Part shown: positions 26,759-39,290 of the stretch, piece by piece
Layout of the letters: each line of letters starts with the position of its first letter
Numbering within the stretch: position 1 is the first letter of the stretch
NCBI GenBank assembly: GCA_964016885.1
Contig: OZ024741.1
Span: 133,672,001 to 133,736,000 of the forward strand
Source of the DNA: Eledone cirrhosa
Lineage: Eukaryota
Reading direction: 5' to 3'
Length of the DNA stretch: 64,000 bases
Notes under the pieces: model-generated
Seen by the model: only the letters and a program-made list of their open reading frames with translations
Told to the model about the DNA's origin: nothing
Databases searched by the model: none
Made by a program: the position numbers and the translations under genes

Positions 26759-26894
26759 CTGTGAATTGATTAATATACTGGAAATGATTTCATAAGGATA
26801 AGCATAATTATTTTCCCTTGACGGTCTGTAGATGATAAGTAACTGTTGAAGTCCAAATAGGGGTATTAACACTAAAGTAGCTTTCACCGTTCGT
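26759..26894 (-). CDS. Exon of a class B (secretin/calcitonin receptor-like) GPCR, ICL3-TM6-ECL3-TM7
   Basis: Translates RTVKATLVLIPLFGLQQLLIIYRP...YEIISSILINSQ; KATLVLIPLFG is the class B TM6 signature. Acceptor ttttcttacatgtcAG, donor CAG|GCaagt at the conserved Q|G intron position. Confidence 0.9.
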
Positions 26895-26989
26895 CTGACA
26901 TGTAAGAAAACGAGAGAATAATAATTACAACAAATATATAGACATGACATTAAATAAATAATTTTGTCGATTCAAATAAGGATAGATAG

Positions 26990-27178
26990 TAAATTTGGGG
27001 GAAGGGCAAAGTTGATTAAAAGAACTCCATTACTTGACCGATACTTTATTTTTATCGACCTTGAAAGGATGAAAAACAAAGTTGACCTCGGCAGATTTTG
27101 AACTCAGAACGTAAAGAGCCGGAATAAATACCTCGAAGCATTCACGTCTCTCTCAAAAAGTCCTGCCAATCCACCGCC
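26990..27178 (-). mobile_element. Nin-domain-like SINE, older
   Basis: ttttatcgacc..aaggatgaaa..caaagttgacctcggc..tttgaactcagaacgtaaag. Confidence 0.75.
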
Positions 27179-27405
27179 CTCTACCAATTCAAATGATAAT
27201 CTTCGTTACGGCAATATTTCTACTGTAACAACCCCGTTTTTTCTAAATGCCTTTCAGATGCGTACTGGAGCGCCGGAATAAATGAGTAAAATCGAGTGCA
27301 CTCGACCGCTATTATTTTTGTGTTAGCCATGGTTAAAAGCATGCAATGTCATCTGAGTAGTGCTGTTTCATATTGTGATAATCATTGATGTAGTCTTCGT
27401 CAATA

Positions 27406-27803
27406 TCTTAGTAAACCCCTTTCTATTAATGTGGTTTTGACTCATGTCATAGTAAATCCCTTTCTATTTATGTGGTCTTCACTACTGTCATAGTAAATTC
27501 CTTTCTATTGATGTGGTTTTCACAACTGTCTTAGTAAATCCCTTTCTATTTATGTGGTCTTCACTACTGTCTTAACAAATAACTTTCTATTAATGTGGTA
27601 ATGTGGTCTTCACCAGTGTCTTAGTAAATCTCTTTCTATTGATGTGGTCTTCACCAATGTCCTAGTAAATGCTTTTCTATTGATGAGGTCGTCACCAGTG
27701 TCATAGTAAATGCCTTTCTATTTATGTGGTCTTCACTAATGTCCTAATAAATCTATTTCTATTGATTTGGTCTTCACCAGTGTCCCAGTAAATGCTTTTC
27801 TAT
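27406..27803. repeat. 41-bp minisatellite, about 10 diverged units
   Basis: Unit like tcttagtaaatccctttctattgatgtggtcttcaccagtg, starting at 27406, 27447, 27488... Confidence 0.92.
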
Positions 27804-28377
27804 TTTAAATCAGTCCTAAATCTTTCTCATTGAACAACACATCATAGTTCTTATCGATTTTGTAACAACACGGCTTTTAGGGCCGAGAACTTGATGTTAT
27901 CTTATGAAGTGGAGTACACTTTTTGTATTTTGCACACTTTTTGTTTTCGCCACTCAATCTTTTGGTTCTTTGCCCTTTTGTTTTTCTCTTACTTCTCAGC
28001 AACCATCATATGGTCTCTGGAAAGAATCATTCAGCCTCGTCAGTTTCTGGAAGCGAAAACGAAACCTTTTTCTCTACATTTGCCGAGTTTCAACAGGCGA
28101 TGCTACTAGAACGCCAGCCTCCGAGACTTGCTGTTGTAGGCGGTGTTGCTTTTGATGCTGTTACTTTCTCTGATTTTTTAGTTACTGTTACAAACGTGAC
28201 AGCTTGTCTTTCTGCACTTCACCACACCAATCCCATGTTTTTCTTTCTTTCTGCCCCCACAACGATCCATAGCTCAATAATTGCTATATGGACTTTGGAG
28301 TTCATTAACACTGGCATATTCATATAGACCATCCGATTGCATGTCATTTTTGGTGACATTGGCTCCCACGACATGCT

Positions 28378-28473
28378 CAACAAAAATAACAACTGCGCAA
28401 CAAAAATAACAACTGCGCAACAAAAATAACAACTGCGCAACAAAAATAACAACTGTGCAACAAAAATAACAAC
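28378..28473. repeat. 20-bp tandem repeat, about 4.7 units
   Basis: caacaaaaataacaactgcg repeated. Confidence 0.92.
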
Positions 28474-28674
28474 GAATTAAGAATCAACATCGTCACCAAT
28501 ATCCTTTATTTTAGCCCTTCTGTGTTGCTCCATCTTATATAACGTCATACGAGTTTCTAGGCCATGTATTATTTTAATTTGCAATTGATCTCTTCTTATA
28601 AAATATAATTTTGTGCATTAAGTTTACATTTTTTGTCAAATACTACATATGCTTACGCCGTTGTTTCAGCATTT

Positions 28675-28856
28675 GGCAGCAATTTAAAGGAGAGGGGAAA
28701 GTCAATTAAATCGACCCCAGTGCATTACTGGTACTTTATTTTATCGATGCCGTAAGGATGAAAGGCAAAGCTAACCTCGGCGGGATTTGAACTCAGAACG
28801 TAAAAGGAATGCCTCAAAGCATGTTGTCTGTCCGACGCTCTACCAATCCACCGCCG
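28675..28856 (-). mobile_element. Nin-domain-like SINE
   Basis: Same core motif on the minus strand. Confidence 0.8.
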
Positions 28857-29010
28857 TTATATGAATATATATATATATATATATATATTCATATATATAT
28901 ATATATACTATATATATATATATATATTCATATATATATATACTATATATATATACATATATATATATATACTATATATATATATACTATATATATATAT
29001 ACTATATATA

Positions 29011-29064
<54 letters not shown>

Positions 29065-29278
29065 TATATAAAATATTAAAAAAATAATGAATAAAACAAT
29101 GAAACAGTTCCCTATATTAAACAAAAAAAGTTCATTATTTAACGATCGTTTCTAGGATATATATGTGTTAGAATTGGCATGCATATTCAACAGATCTATG
29201 TACAAAATTATACAAAATTATACAAACTATCAAGATTAAATATACATACCAAACACACATATATGCCGTCTTCAGAAA

Positions 29279-29426
29279 TTTCTGAAGACGGCATATATGT
29301 GTGTTTGGTATGTATATTTAATCTTGATAGTTTGTATAATTTTGTATAATTTTGTACATAGATCTGTTGAATATGCATGCCAATTCTAACACATATATAT
29401 CCTAGAAACGATCGTTAAATAATGAA
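29279..29426 (+). ncRNA. HHR with a long stem II (mirror copy on the minus strand, 29131-29278)
   Basis: CTGAAGA-cggcatatatgtgt..acacatatatatccta-GAAA-cgatcg-TT-aaataatg; PLE-2 family. Confidence 0.65.
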
Positions 29427-29651
29427 CTTTTTTTGTTTAATATAGGGAACTGTTTCATTGTTTTATTCATTATTTTTTTAATATTTTATCTTGACTCTGT
29501 ATTCCGTTTATCTTTCACCGAAAGTGATTTTTCATTGCATCTCTTCTTTCCATGATATCCGGACTACATTGAGTTCTTCATACGGATTGGACACTACCGT
29601 AAACTCTTGGTAGATTTATCTACATATATACTATATATATATATATATATA

Positions 29652-29721
<70 letters not shown>

Positions 29722-30449
29722 GTTTGTATATGTATAATAAAGCCAAAACAATGCAGGTATGGACATAGAATAAAGAATGCAAATGAAAAAGATATTGTTG
29801 ACAATTAGTCTTTTACCTTAGATTTATTTAAATGTCCTTAATTTTCGAGATAATATCTCTTCTTCGGAGGGAAGTAAAGCGGTTAAACCAGTGTTCTAAA
29901 TAGCTTGCCAAGTCATGCTGACAGGAACGTTTATACCTCATTACACAATGCTTCAAGTGAACTATAATCTCCTCCTATATATATACTCATATATATATAC
30001 TATATATATATATATATTCATATGTAGATAAATCTACCAAAATATACGGTAGTGTCCAATCCGTATGAAGAACTCAATGTAATCCAAATATCATGAAAAG
30101 AAGACAGCATATATATATGTAGGTATGTATATTCTCTCTGATAGTCTGTAAAATTTTTACATAGATCTATATGATATACATACCAACACACACATATATA
30201 TCCTAGAAACGATCGTAAAATGATGAATTTTTTAATATAAGGAACTGTTTCTTTGTTTCTATTCATTTTTTTTTATTAATATATATATTCATATATATTT
30301 TTTACATTTTATGAACGTTTTAAGTCTTTTAACAATCATTTACTATGTATACGTTTACATGATATTTACATGATATTCTTTTCATGATATTTGGATTACA
30401 TTGAGTTCTTCATATACTACCGTATATTTTGGTAGATTTATCTACATAT

Positions 30450-31107
<658 letters not shown>

Positions 31108-31298
31108 AACGAAGGAGTTGTGGTAAGGAACCAGATGGACCATAACTCACCAGAGTACTCAATACTTAGGGTAGAAGAGTGGGTAATAGAAAAATGTATG
31201 ACCCCGACGGCAGAGCTCAAGCCGTTTCGACGGCTATTTCTGGACTGAAATAGCCGTCGAAACGGCTTGAGAGCTCTGCCATCGGGGTCATACATTTT

Positions 31299-31354
<56 letters not shown>

Positions 31355-31490
31355 AAAGTTAAACAAGGTGCAATGAATACATCAAAGAATGAGTTTTACA
31401 ATAGATTGGAGCACTCAACAGAAAAGGTTTTCCAGTGTTATTAATATTAATTCAAAATATTAACAAAATAGATATTCTTGTGATCAAGTA

Positions 31491-31557
31491 TATTTTATTA
31501 TACATATTTCAGAGATACTGAGTTAAGTTCAACAGTACGTCCTCATCAGATAAAGTA
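31491..31557 (-). ncRNA. Type I HHR (PLE-1/4-like family)
   Basis: tactttat-CTGATGA-ggacgtactg..cagtatctct-GAAA-tatgta-TA-ataaaata. Confidence 0.75.
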
Positions 31558-31675
31558 AGATGATGCATGACATACCCTGACATAGTAGATGGTTAAGATT
31601 CAGTCATGACTGAATCTTAACCATCTAATAAAATATACTTGATCACAAGAATATCTATTTTGTTAATATTTTGAA

Positions 31676-31781
<106 letters not shown>

Positions 31782-31923
31782 ATATTTAGAAACACACAGA
31801 TACATGCGGACACACACATATACATGAATGCATCCGCACCCAACCGTGAGTCGAGGAATCTAGGAGCAGTTTAGGTATGATACATTTTATTACTAATTAT
31901 ATCTAAATGTTTCTTCTCTCTTC

Positions 31924-31992
<69 letters not shown>

Positions 31993-32022
31993 AGATCAAA
32001 AGATGGTTAAAAGAGTTCCAAG

Positions 32023-32093
32023 TATTTTATTATGCACATTTCAAAAACAAATATCATCATGGGATGATATCTGCGTTCTCATCAGATAAAATA
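32023..32093 (-). ncRNA. Type I HHR at the PLE-4 3' end
   Basis: tattttat-CTGATGA-gaacgcagatatcatc..gatatttgttttt-GAAA-tgtgca-TA-ataaaata. Confidence 0.8.
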
Positions 32094-34270
32094 GGGATAC
32101 ATGATATGAAGCTTAAAAAACACTTGTGAATAGTGAAGTTTTAAATCAACATATGAAAAATAATTTAAGATTGATGTATGAGATTGGGAAAAAGTGAGGG
32201 GGGTTGGAAAAGGTAAGGAAGAGGAGGAGATGAGAGTAAAGAATGGTGGGGGAGGAGTATAAGAAGGAAGGAGGAGAGAGGAGGAGAGATGGGTGATAGA
32301 GAGAGAGAGAGAGAGAGAGATAGCCTTTACAACTGAGAAAAAAATATATATTGTCTCACAGAGAGAAGGTAAAAAGCCGTTGGAAGATAATAGATAATTT
32401 TAAAGAATTTGAAATTAAAAGTTAATGAGGTTTATGCATGAAGAGAAAAAGGAATTAAGAATAATATTAAATTAAGGTTTGTATATTGAAGGGTTTAATA
32501 ATATGTGCGAGGAAAAGAAATTATTAATATGTATTATTAAAATAAAAATATTAATGTTATTAAGGATATAATGTGAAAAGAAGAAGAATGAATGAGTTAT
32601 GAATTTAGAGGAATTAGTTAGGGTTTAAATTTGTTTTTATGTAATGTAATATGTGTACGTAATATACGTAAATAGTTTGTTTAAAAATGAGCGCAGAAGG
32701 CAAACAAGAAAAGAATGTTTAAGGAAAAAAATATCTAACATCAAAAAATATATGTTTACGAAATATTTTCTAATGGTAATAATATAATATATTAAAAGAA
32801 ATTAGTTAGGCTTAAGTTTGTTTTTATGTATTGTAATATGTAAAAGTCAAACGAGCATGAAAGGATGAGATAAGAGAAATTTAAGGAAGAAAAATCTAAC
32901 GTAAAAATAAATATTTATGTTTACGAAGGACTATTAAAGGTAATACTATAATGTATTAAAAAAATAATAATTTTTATGGCCAATAATATGAGGAAAGATG
33001 GAAGAATGGATAATGTTGTGGTGAGTAATAATAAGAATTGAGAAGTAGTTAGGAAGAAAAAGAACAGATTAGAGGTTAGAAATTAAAAAGAAAAGAGGAA
33101 GAAAGGAAAGTGATAAAGAGGAGTGATATAGAATGAGTAACTTGTATTATATAATATATAATAAATAATATTGAAATAAGGTAGAAAGATGGGTATATTT
33201 TTAAAAGATATATAAGCCTTTGAGAAAAAGGATTTTAAACTAGTAAGGTATTAGATATTAGCTGTATATTTTATGGAATGTTCTGTGGAATTTATGCAAG
33301 CAGAGAGAAAATAAATCCTTGCGTCTATTTATTATAGAATTGAAATTAGATATAATGGTAAATTTCTCAGCTAAGCAAAGATTACATGTTCTGGATAGGG
33401 AGGCATTCAAGTAAGGAGAGGCAGAACAAACTTTTCTCCAAGAGATGTTATAGTTAATATTTTTGTCTTTCAAGGACCATATGAATTCTGAGAGTTAGTT
33501 CTTTTAAGTTGGTATTTAAAAGACGAATTGTGATTATAAAATCTAGCTTTGAAGGAGGTGGAAGTGGAACCGAAATAGGTAAAGGAATTGGTATCAGTTA
33601 TAACCTTACATTCATAGACTAATTTTTATCAAGACAATGGTTATTAAGAGGACATTTAGTTCTAACAGGGCAATTACAATTACGATTAGAGAAATTAACA
33701 GAGTTATTAACAAGTGACCTAGTATTATTTATAGGAGGAATTGGATTGGAGAAGTTATTTACGATAGGAATAATAGTTTCCTGATTTAGATTGGTATTAT
33801 GAACATTCAACGAAGTTACGTTTGACGTCGTATTTGAGTTTACAGAATCTAGCCTAGAGTTAACAATGACATCGAGAGTACTACTGCTATTATTATGACG
33901 TTCAGTGTTGGAAGGATGTGATTTAATATTTAATATTTTATTGTTGTGTTTAGAGATAATGTTAGAGATGTTGGAAGAGGTGGAATAGGAAACATTTATT
34001 GTATGTTTGTTAAATATTTTACTATAGATATGTGAGGGAGGGAAGCATTTATCTAAGGCCCTAAAGAATAGTTTAGGAATATTATTATTAATAGAAATAG
34101 AGAAAGGAGCATTATACCAGATTATATTTTTGTATCTAGGTCTTTTATTTAAGTTATTGGAATGATCATAATTAATTATTTTACTGTAAGACCTTCTAGG
34201 ATTGGTTTCTTTACTGTATTTAATTTTATCAGGATAGCCGGCTTTAGAAAGCGCGTTATTATAGTAATTG

Positions 34271-34359
34271 ACTTTGCCTTTCATCCTTACGGGGTCGATA
34301 AAATAAAGTACCAGTAATGCACTGGATAATTGCTGGCCTTGTGCCTAAAGTAGAAACAA
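34271..34359 (+). mobile_element. 5'-truncated SINE inserted into PLE-4
   Basis: SINE 3' half flanked by the 15-bp TSD ttattatagtaattg (34256-34270 and 34360-34374). Confidence 0.88.
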
Positions 34360-34556
34360 TTATTATAGTAATTGGCGTTAGCATCGAAGATATTTTTTAT
34401 TAGAGGATAGGTTTGATATTCTTTTTCCAATATTACTGACTATAGCATTTTTAATGTTAGTGGCGTGGTTAGATTTAAAATTAACATAATTTAGATTCTC
34501 ATTGTTTTTATGGTAAGGGTAATATAGTGTTTTTTAAGCTTCATAACATGCATGTC

Positions 34557-34627
34557 TATTTTATCCGATGAGAACGCAGATATAATCCCGTGATGATATT
34601 TGTTTTTGAAATGCGCATAATAAAATA
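34557..34627 (+). ncRNA. HHR in the PLE-4 inverted pseudo-LTR (CCGATGA)
   Basis: Inverted homolog of 32023-32093, stem III tgcgca. Confidence 0.68.
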
Positions 34628-34753
34628 CATGGAACTCTTTTAACCATCTTTTGATCTTATATTATTTATACTCCAGTCCTACAAACTGTAGAGTGCTACT
34701 TATCCGATATTTGCATTGCTTTATTGTGGTACAATAAAACTCACCTCCTACAC

Positions 34754-34864
<111 letters not shown>

Positions 34865-34939
34865 GTATATATATATATGTGTGTATATATATATATGTAT
34901 ATATATATATGTATATATATATATGTATATATATATATG

Positions 34940-35018
<79 letters not shown>

Positions 35019-35021
35019 GTA

Positions 35022-35118
<97 letters not shown>

Positions 35119-35171
35119 GTATATATACGTATATATACGTATATATACGTATATATACGTATATATATATG

Positions 35172-35216
<45 letters not shown>

Positions 35217-35231
35217 GTATATATATATACA

Positions 35232-35266
<35 letters not shown>

Positions 35267-35295
35267 TTACATGTATATATATATATATATACGTG

Positions 35296-35349
<54 letters not shown>

Positions 35350-35801
35350 AATCAGGAAAGAAGAGTGACATGGTTTGCTATACAAAAAAGGTTTTTAATC
35401 TCATTGCTGACAATTGTTTCTCTGAACCGGTATGTCTAGAGATCGCTACCCGCTTGTTTTCACGTTATTCGATCACCAATACAAAGTTATAACCAGTCAA
35501 TTCAATACGTGAAAACAAACGGGTAGCGATCTCTTGACCTACCGATTCAGAGAAACAATTGTCAGCAATGAGATTAAAAACCTTTTTTGTATAGCAAACC
35601 GTGTCACTCTTCTTTCCTGATTTATATAATAGGAATTACATAATAGGATTTACATAATAGGAATTACAGCGTACTCGCAACATCACTATGGAAACGCCTT
35701 GTTGAGTCAAACTTAGCCAAGCGTTGATATCATCCACTACCCGGAGTACCATAACTGGACTACACTTAAGTGGACTACCTATAACAATAATTTGTTACCC
35801 C

Positions 35802-35846
<45 letters not shown>

Positions 35847-36173
35847 AAAAAATAGAGGTGTGACACACGAGTTGTTATATATATTAGTAAAAAAGAAATG
35901 GAAATGCTGACAAATTTTTCCCAGTGAAAAATAGTTTAATTAGGAGTAAGTATAAATTAGTAATAAGTATTAGTTAGTATTCAGTTTTAGTTTAAACTTT
36001 TTACCGGTTGCGCATTTCTTATGCTTTTCAAAAATAATTTTGAGATGGAGGGCACGTGATTTTTGCTCTAATCAGATTAGAGAAAAAATCACGAGCACTC
36101 TATCTAAAAATTTGGTACTAAGACTGGAATTGAACCATCAAGACAGTTGAGGCATGTCATGCATCAATTCATA

Positions 36174-36239
36174 TATTTTATTTGATGAGGGCGTACTGAA
36201 AAAACAGCACAGTACCTCCGAAATATATATAATAAAACA
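36174..36239 (+). ncRNA. HHR-like motif (TTGATGA) in a solo pseudo-LTR
   Basis: tattttat-TTGATGA-gggcgtactg..cagtacctcc-GAAA-tatata-TA-ataaaaca; the flank resembles 31350-31570. Confidence 0.68.
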
Positions 36240-36391
36240 TATATTTTGATTATGTGAACGTATTCATTTATTAATATTTTGAATAATATTACTAACTCCA
36301 GAAAACTTCTTTGTAGAGTGCTTTTAATCTACTGTTAAAACTATATTCATTGAGTAAGCAATGAATCATATTAATCTTTGGGTATATATAG

Positions 36392-36422
<31 letters not shown>

Positions 36423-36914
36423 TATATATACACATACATACATATATATGTATATGTATGTTCTTCTGGTTTTATCATTTCACAAATGCTTGCCAGAAGA
36501 GAGAGAGTCGGTTTCTAACATAGATACAAGACTCTTTCTTTGGAAATTATACATCAACTAGGTAGATATGTATACACGTCTGCATGGATGCGCGTGTGTG
36601 CAGGTATGGATGTTATTGTATGTGTGAATGTGTATGTTTTGAGTGTATGTGTGTATGTGCATATGCTTTGTATCTGTACAAGTGTATGTGCAGTTATTAG
36701 ATGCAGAATTTTTGTAATGTTTTACATATTTTTACCGTTTCATTAATGGATTATACTTGTAATTTCCTAACTAGTCGTGTTCTTTCTGTTTCTGTGAAAC
36801 CCAGCTTCTTAAGATTTGTACTGAGGCAGTTACTAACATATTCCAGTGGCCTAATAATCACAGGTATAAATCTGAAGGTATAGTCAGGGTGGAGTATATG
36901 TAGTATGTATGTAA

Positions 36915-37004
<90 letters not shown>

Positions 37005-37359
37005 GTATTCCTACCGTTGTTATCATTTTTATAACCATACAAGATGTTCAGAATTTCCTTATTTTATGCCAGAAAACCCTGAATTCGTTTTCTGAAATAA
37101 ATACGTTCTGTTCAGGAATTGAATTTGATTGTTTTCTGTCTTCAATTCTTTGTTTTGTCGACTACATTTCTGTCTACTGTCTGCCAAAAGGTATTTTTTT
37201 TCATTCGAATATTTTCTGGGGGTGTTTCTAAACATAGTATCCATTGTTTTTCCGAGTTTTACAAAAGAAAAGGATTGTCTTCGTAAATTTAACTATTTTA
37301 AACCACAAACGACGAAGAAATAATGCTATCATTTCTTAACAATTTATTTTGAAGTTCTG

Positions 37360-37432
<73 letters not shown>

Positions 37433-37434
<2 letters not shown>

Positions 37435-37793
37435 GATCGTGCCTGATTGTGGATGTGGCCTGCCCATTCGACACGAGAGTGCAAGAGAAGGAGAGGGAGA
37501 AAATTAACCGATACCAGGACTTAAAGTGGGAGGTAAAAAGGATTTGGAACTGCCATGAAGTCAAAGTGATCCCGATTGTCATAGGCGCACTAGGGACTAT
37601 CTCAAAAAGTTTCCAGGGATGGTTAAAGAAAATTGGCCCCTTCACTCTTTTTGGAACGCTTCAAAAGGCATGCTTGCTGGGAACAGCAAGAACCCTCCGA
37701 TACGTCCTGAATATCTGAGGCTGCAGGTAGTGGCTTGATATTCATTTCAACAAACTTTCCAGTTAACTAACATCAATGACTGAGACTCAAAGA
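37433..37793 (+). mobile_element. R4/Dong-like non-LTR element family D1, 3' fragment in (TAA)n
   Basis: Restriction-like endonuclease C-terminus (DVACPFD..EKINRYQDL..IPIVIGALG); (TAA)n on both sides. Confidence 0.85.
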
Positions 37794-37801
37794 GTAATAA
37801 C

Positions 37802-37843
<42 letters not shown>

Positions 37844-37845
<2 letters not shown>

Positions 37846-39290
37846 TTTCTTTATTAACCACAAGGGTTTACATAAAGTAGACATTAAGGACAGTGCAGGA
37901 CAATGCAGGACGGTACAAATGGGCATTTCTGCGTGTAAAAAACAAAAACAGAGGATGTAACAAAAATAACAATGAAAATAACAATGAAAAATTCCCCAAT
38001 AGGGGGGAGACTTCGGAGGGACATTTGTGGAGAAAGCCCAGTAAAAAGCCACAATGACCCTGACCACCAAGGCAAGTGCCCTCTCCCAGTTTTCCACCTT
38101 TAATTTACAGATATATACTCAGAGTAGGCCCATTCACTCGGGCCATTCTTGCTTCTCTCACCCATCTTTCAACAAAATGCTGGGAAGAGAGCACTTCCCT
38201 CTCTACTCTGATTTTCCTTTTCAAATGAAATTTGAAAAAGTCAATCAGAGCATCACCGAAGAGGTAAGTGCTCGTCTTCAGCCCTTTCAAACGTGTCCAC
38301 CATACTATCTCTTTCGCCATGGCTCTACCCGGCCCACCGCTGCCCCCGAACAGCTGAGCGAAGTGTCGCTGAAAAGCTTCACACATTTGCCCGGAATCGA
38401 GTAGCATGCGCCCGTCGTGGTCCACCAAAGACCGGATCGTGGCTTTGTTGCCACGATGCGCCTCCGCCACTCGGGCCCATTGAACGGCTTTCGTCCCCTC
38501 GTGTCTGAGAGCACGCACCCTTGCTCTGACAACGCAGCCTTCGTGCTTTGCATTGAAGAATTGGTCAAGGGCCAATTTCGCCGCAAGCACGTCGGTTGCA
38601 ATGCCTTTGCTAAGCGCCTCGTCTAATTTTCTAACTAGTTCTCCCTCTGCTCTATTTTTCTCTATTGCTAAAGCCTTACTAAACCTAATCGATTCTATTC
38701 TAATCGCTCTTTTCAGAGCAAACCACCACTTGTTGTTGACGATGGCCCCCGTCAACGCCCGCTTAACTAGTTCGCTAATCCGGTCTCTGTAGGCCTTGCG
38801 CGCTGGTAAGGACGCGTTTAGCTTCCAGTAGCCGGGTCCTCGTCTATGAAGCCTATCTAAGTCAAGCACACAGATCACGAATTTGTGGTCCGTGTAGCTG
38901 ACTATCTTGAATTGTGGACAGCCTATGCTAGACCTATCTATTTCCCTACAAAATACTCTATCTAGATATGATCTGGATGACCCTATGCGGTTTGTCCAAG
39001 TCCACATTGGCACATTCGGGAAATCCAATCGGTACCTGTCAGACAGTTCAAAACGCCTGAGCAGGTTGGTGAGACTCTTGCACCCTCCACCCCTATCCGC
39101 TAATCCCACACAGTCCCAGCGTGCATCTAAGATCCCGTTCCAGTCGCCCACTAACACTAAAGAGCGGGACGTTCCAAGAAAGGTCTCCAGACGCCGGAAG
39201 AAATCAGGCCGCCCTGCTCCTGTCGGGGCATAGACGGCCACTAGCCTGAAAGCTTGCCCGTCTCCGCTGATCACGTCCAGCACCACCAGC
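37844..39290 (-). mobile_element. L1/Tx1-like element (subfamily a), 5'-truncated, RT deleted
   Basis: ORF 38105-39286 has APE motifs (GDWN, LDR, TDH) fused to the C-terminal tail; near-identical to parts of 48139-54100. Confidence 0.88.

Noticed and set aside
27406-27803. Regular repeats resembling a CRISPR array
   Set aside because: The whole 41-bp unit is repeated with no unique spacers; eukaryotic context and no cas genes.
27850-28560. Overlapping 70-130-aa ORFs near the 20-bp repeat
   Set aside because: No recognisable domain or splice structure.
29820-29872. Minus-strand CCGAAGA..GAAA motif (similar weak motifs near 480, 36000 and 60110)
   Set aside because: Stem II forms but stems I/III or the core are too degenerate to call a ribozyme.
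36751-36890. Minus ORF ending RLVRKLQV as a possible TM5/ICL3 exon of the GPCR
   Set aside because: No hydrophobic TM5 or convincing donor; FIPVII..L.YV looks more like the tail of a REL-type retrotransposon. Upstream GPCR exons were not found in the window.
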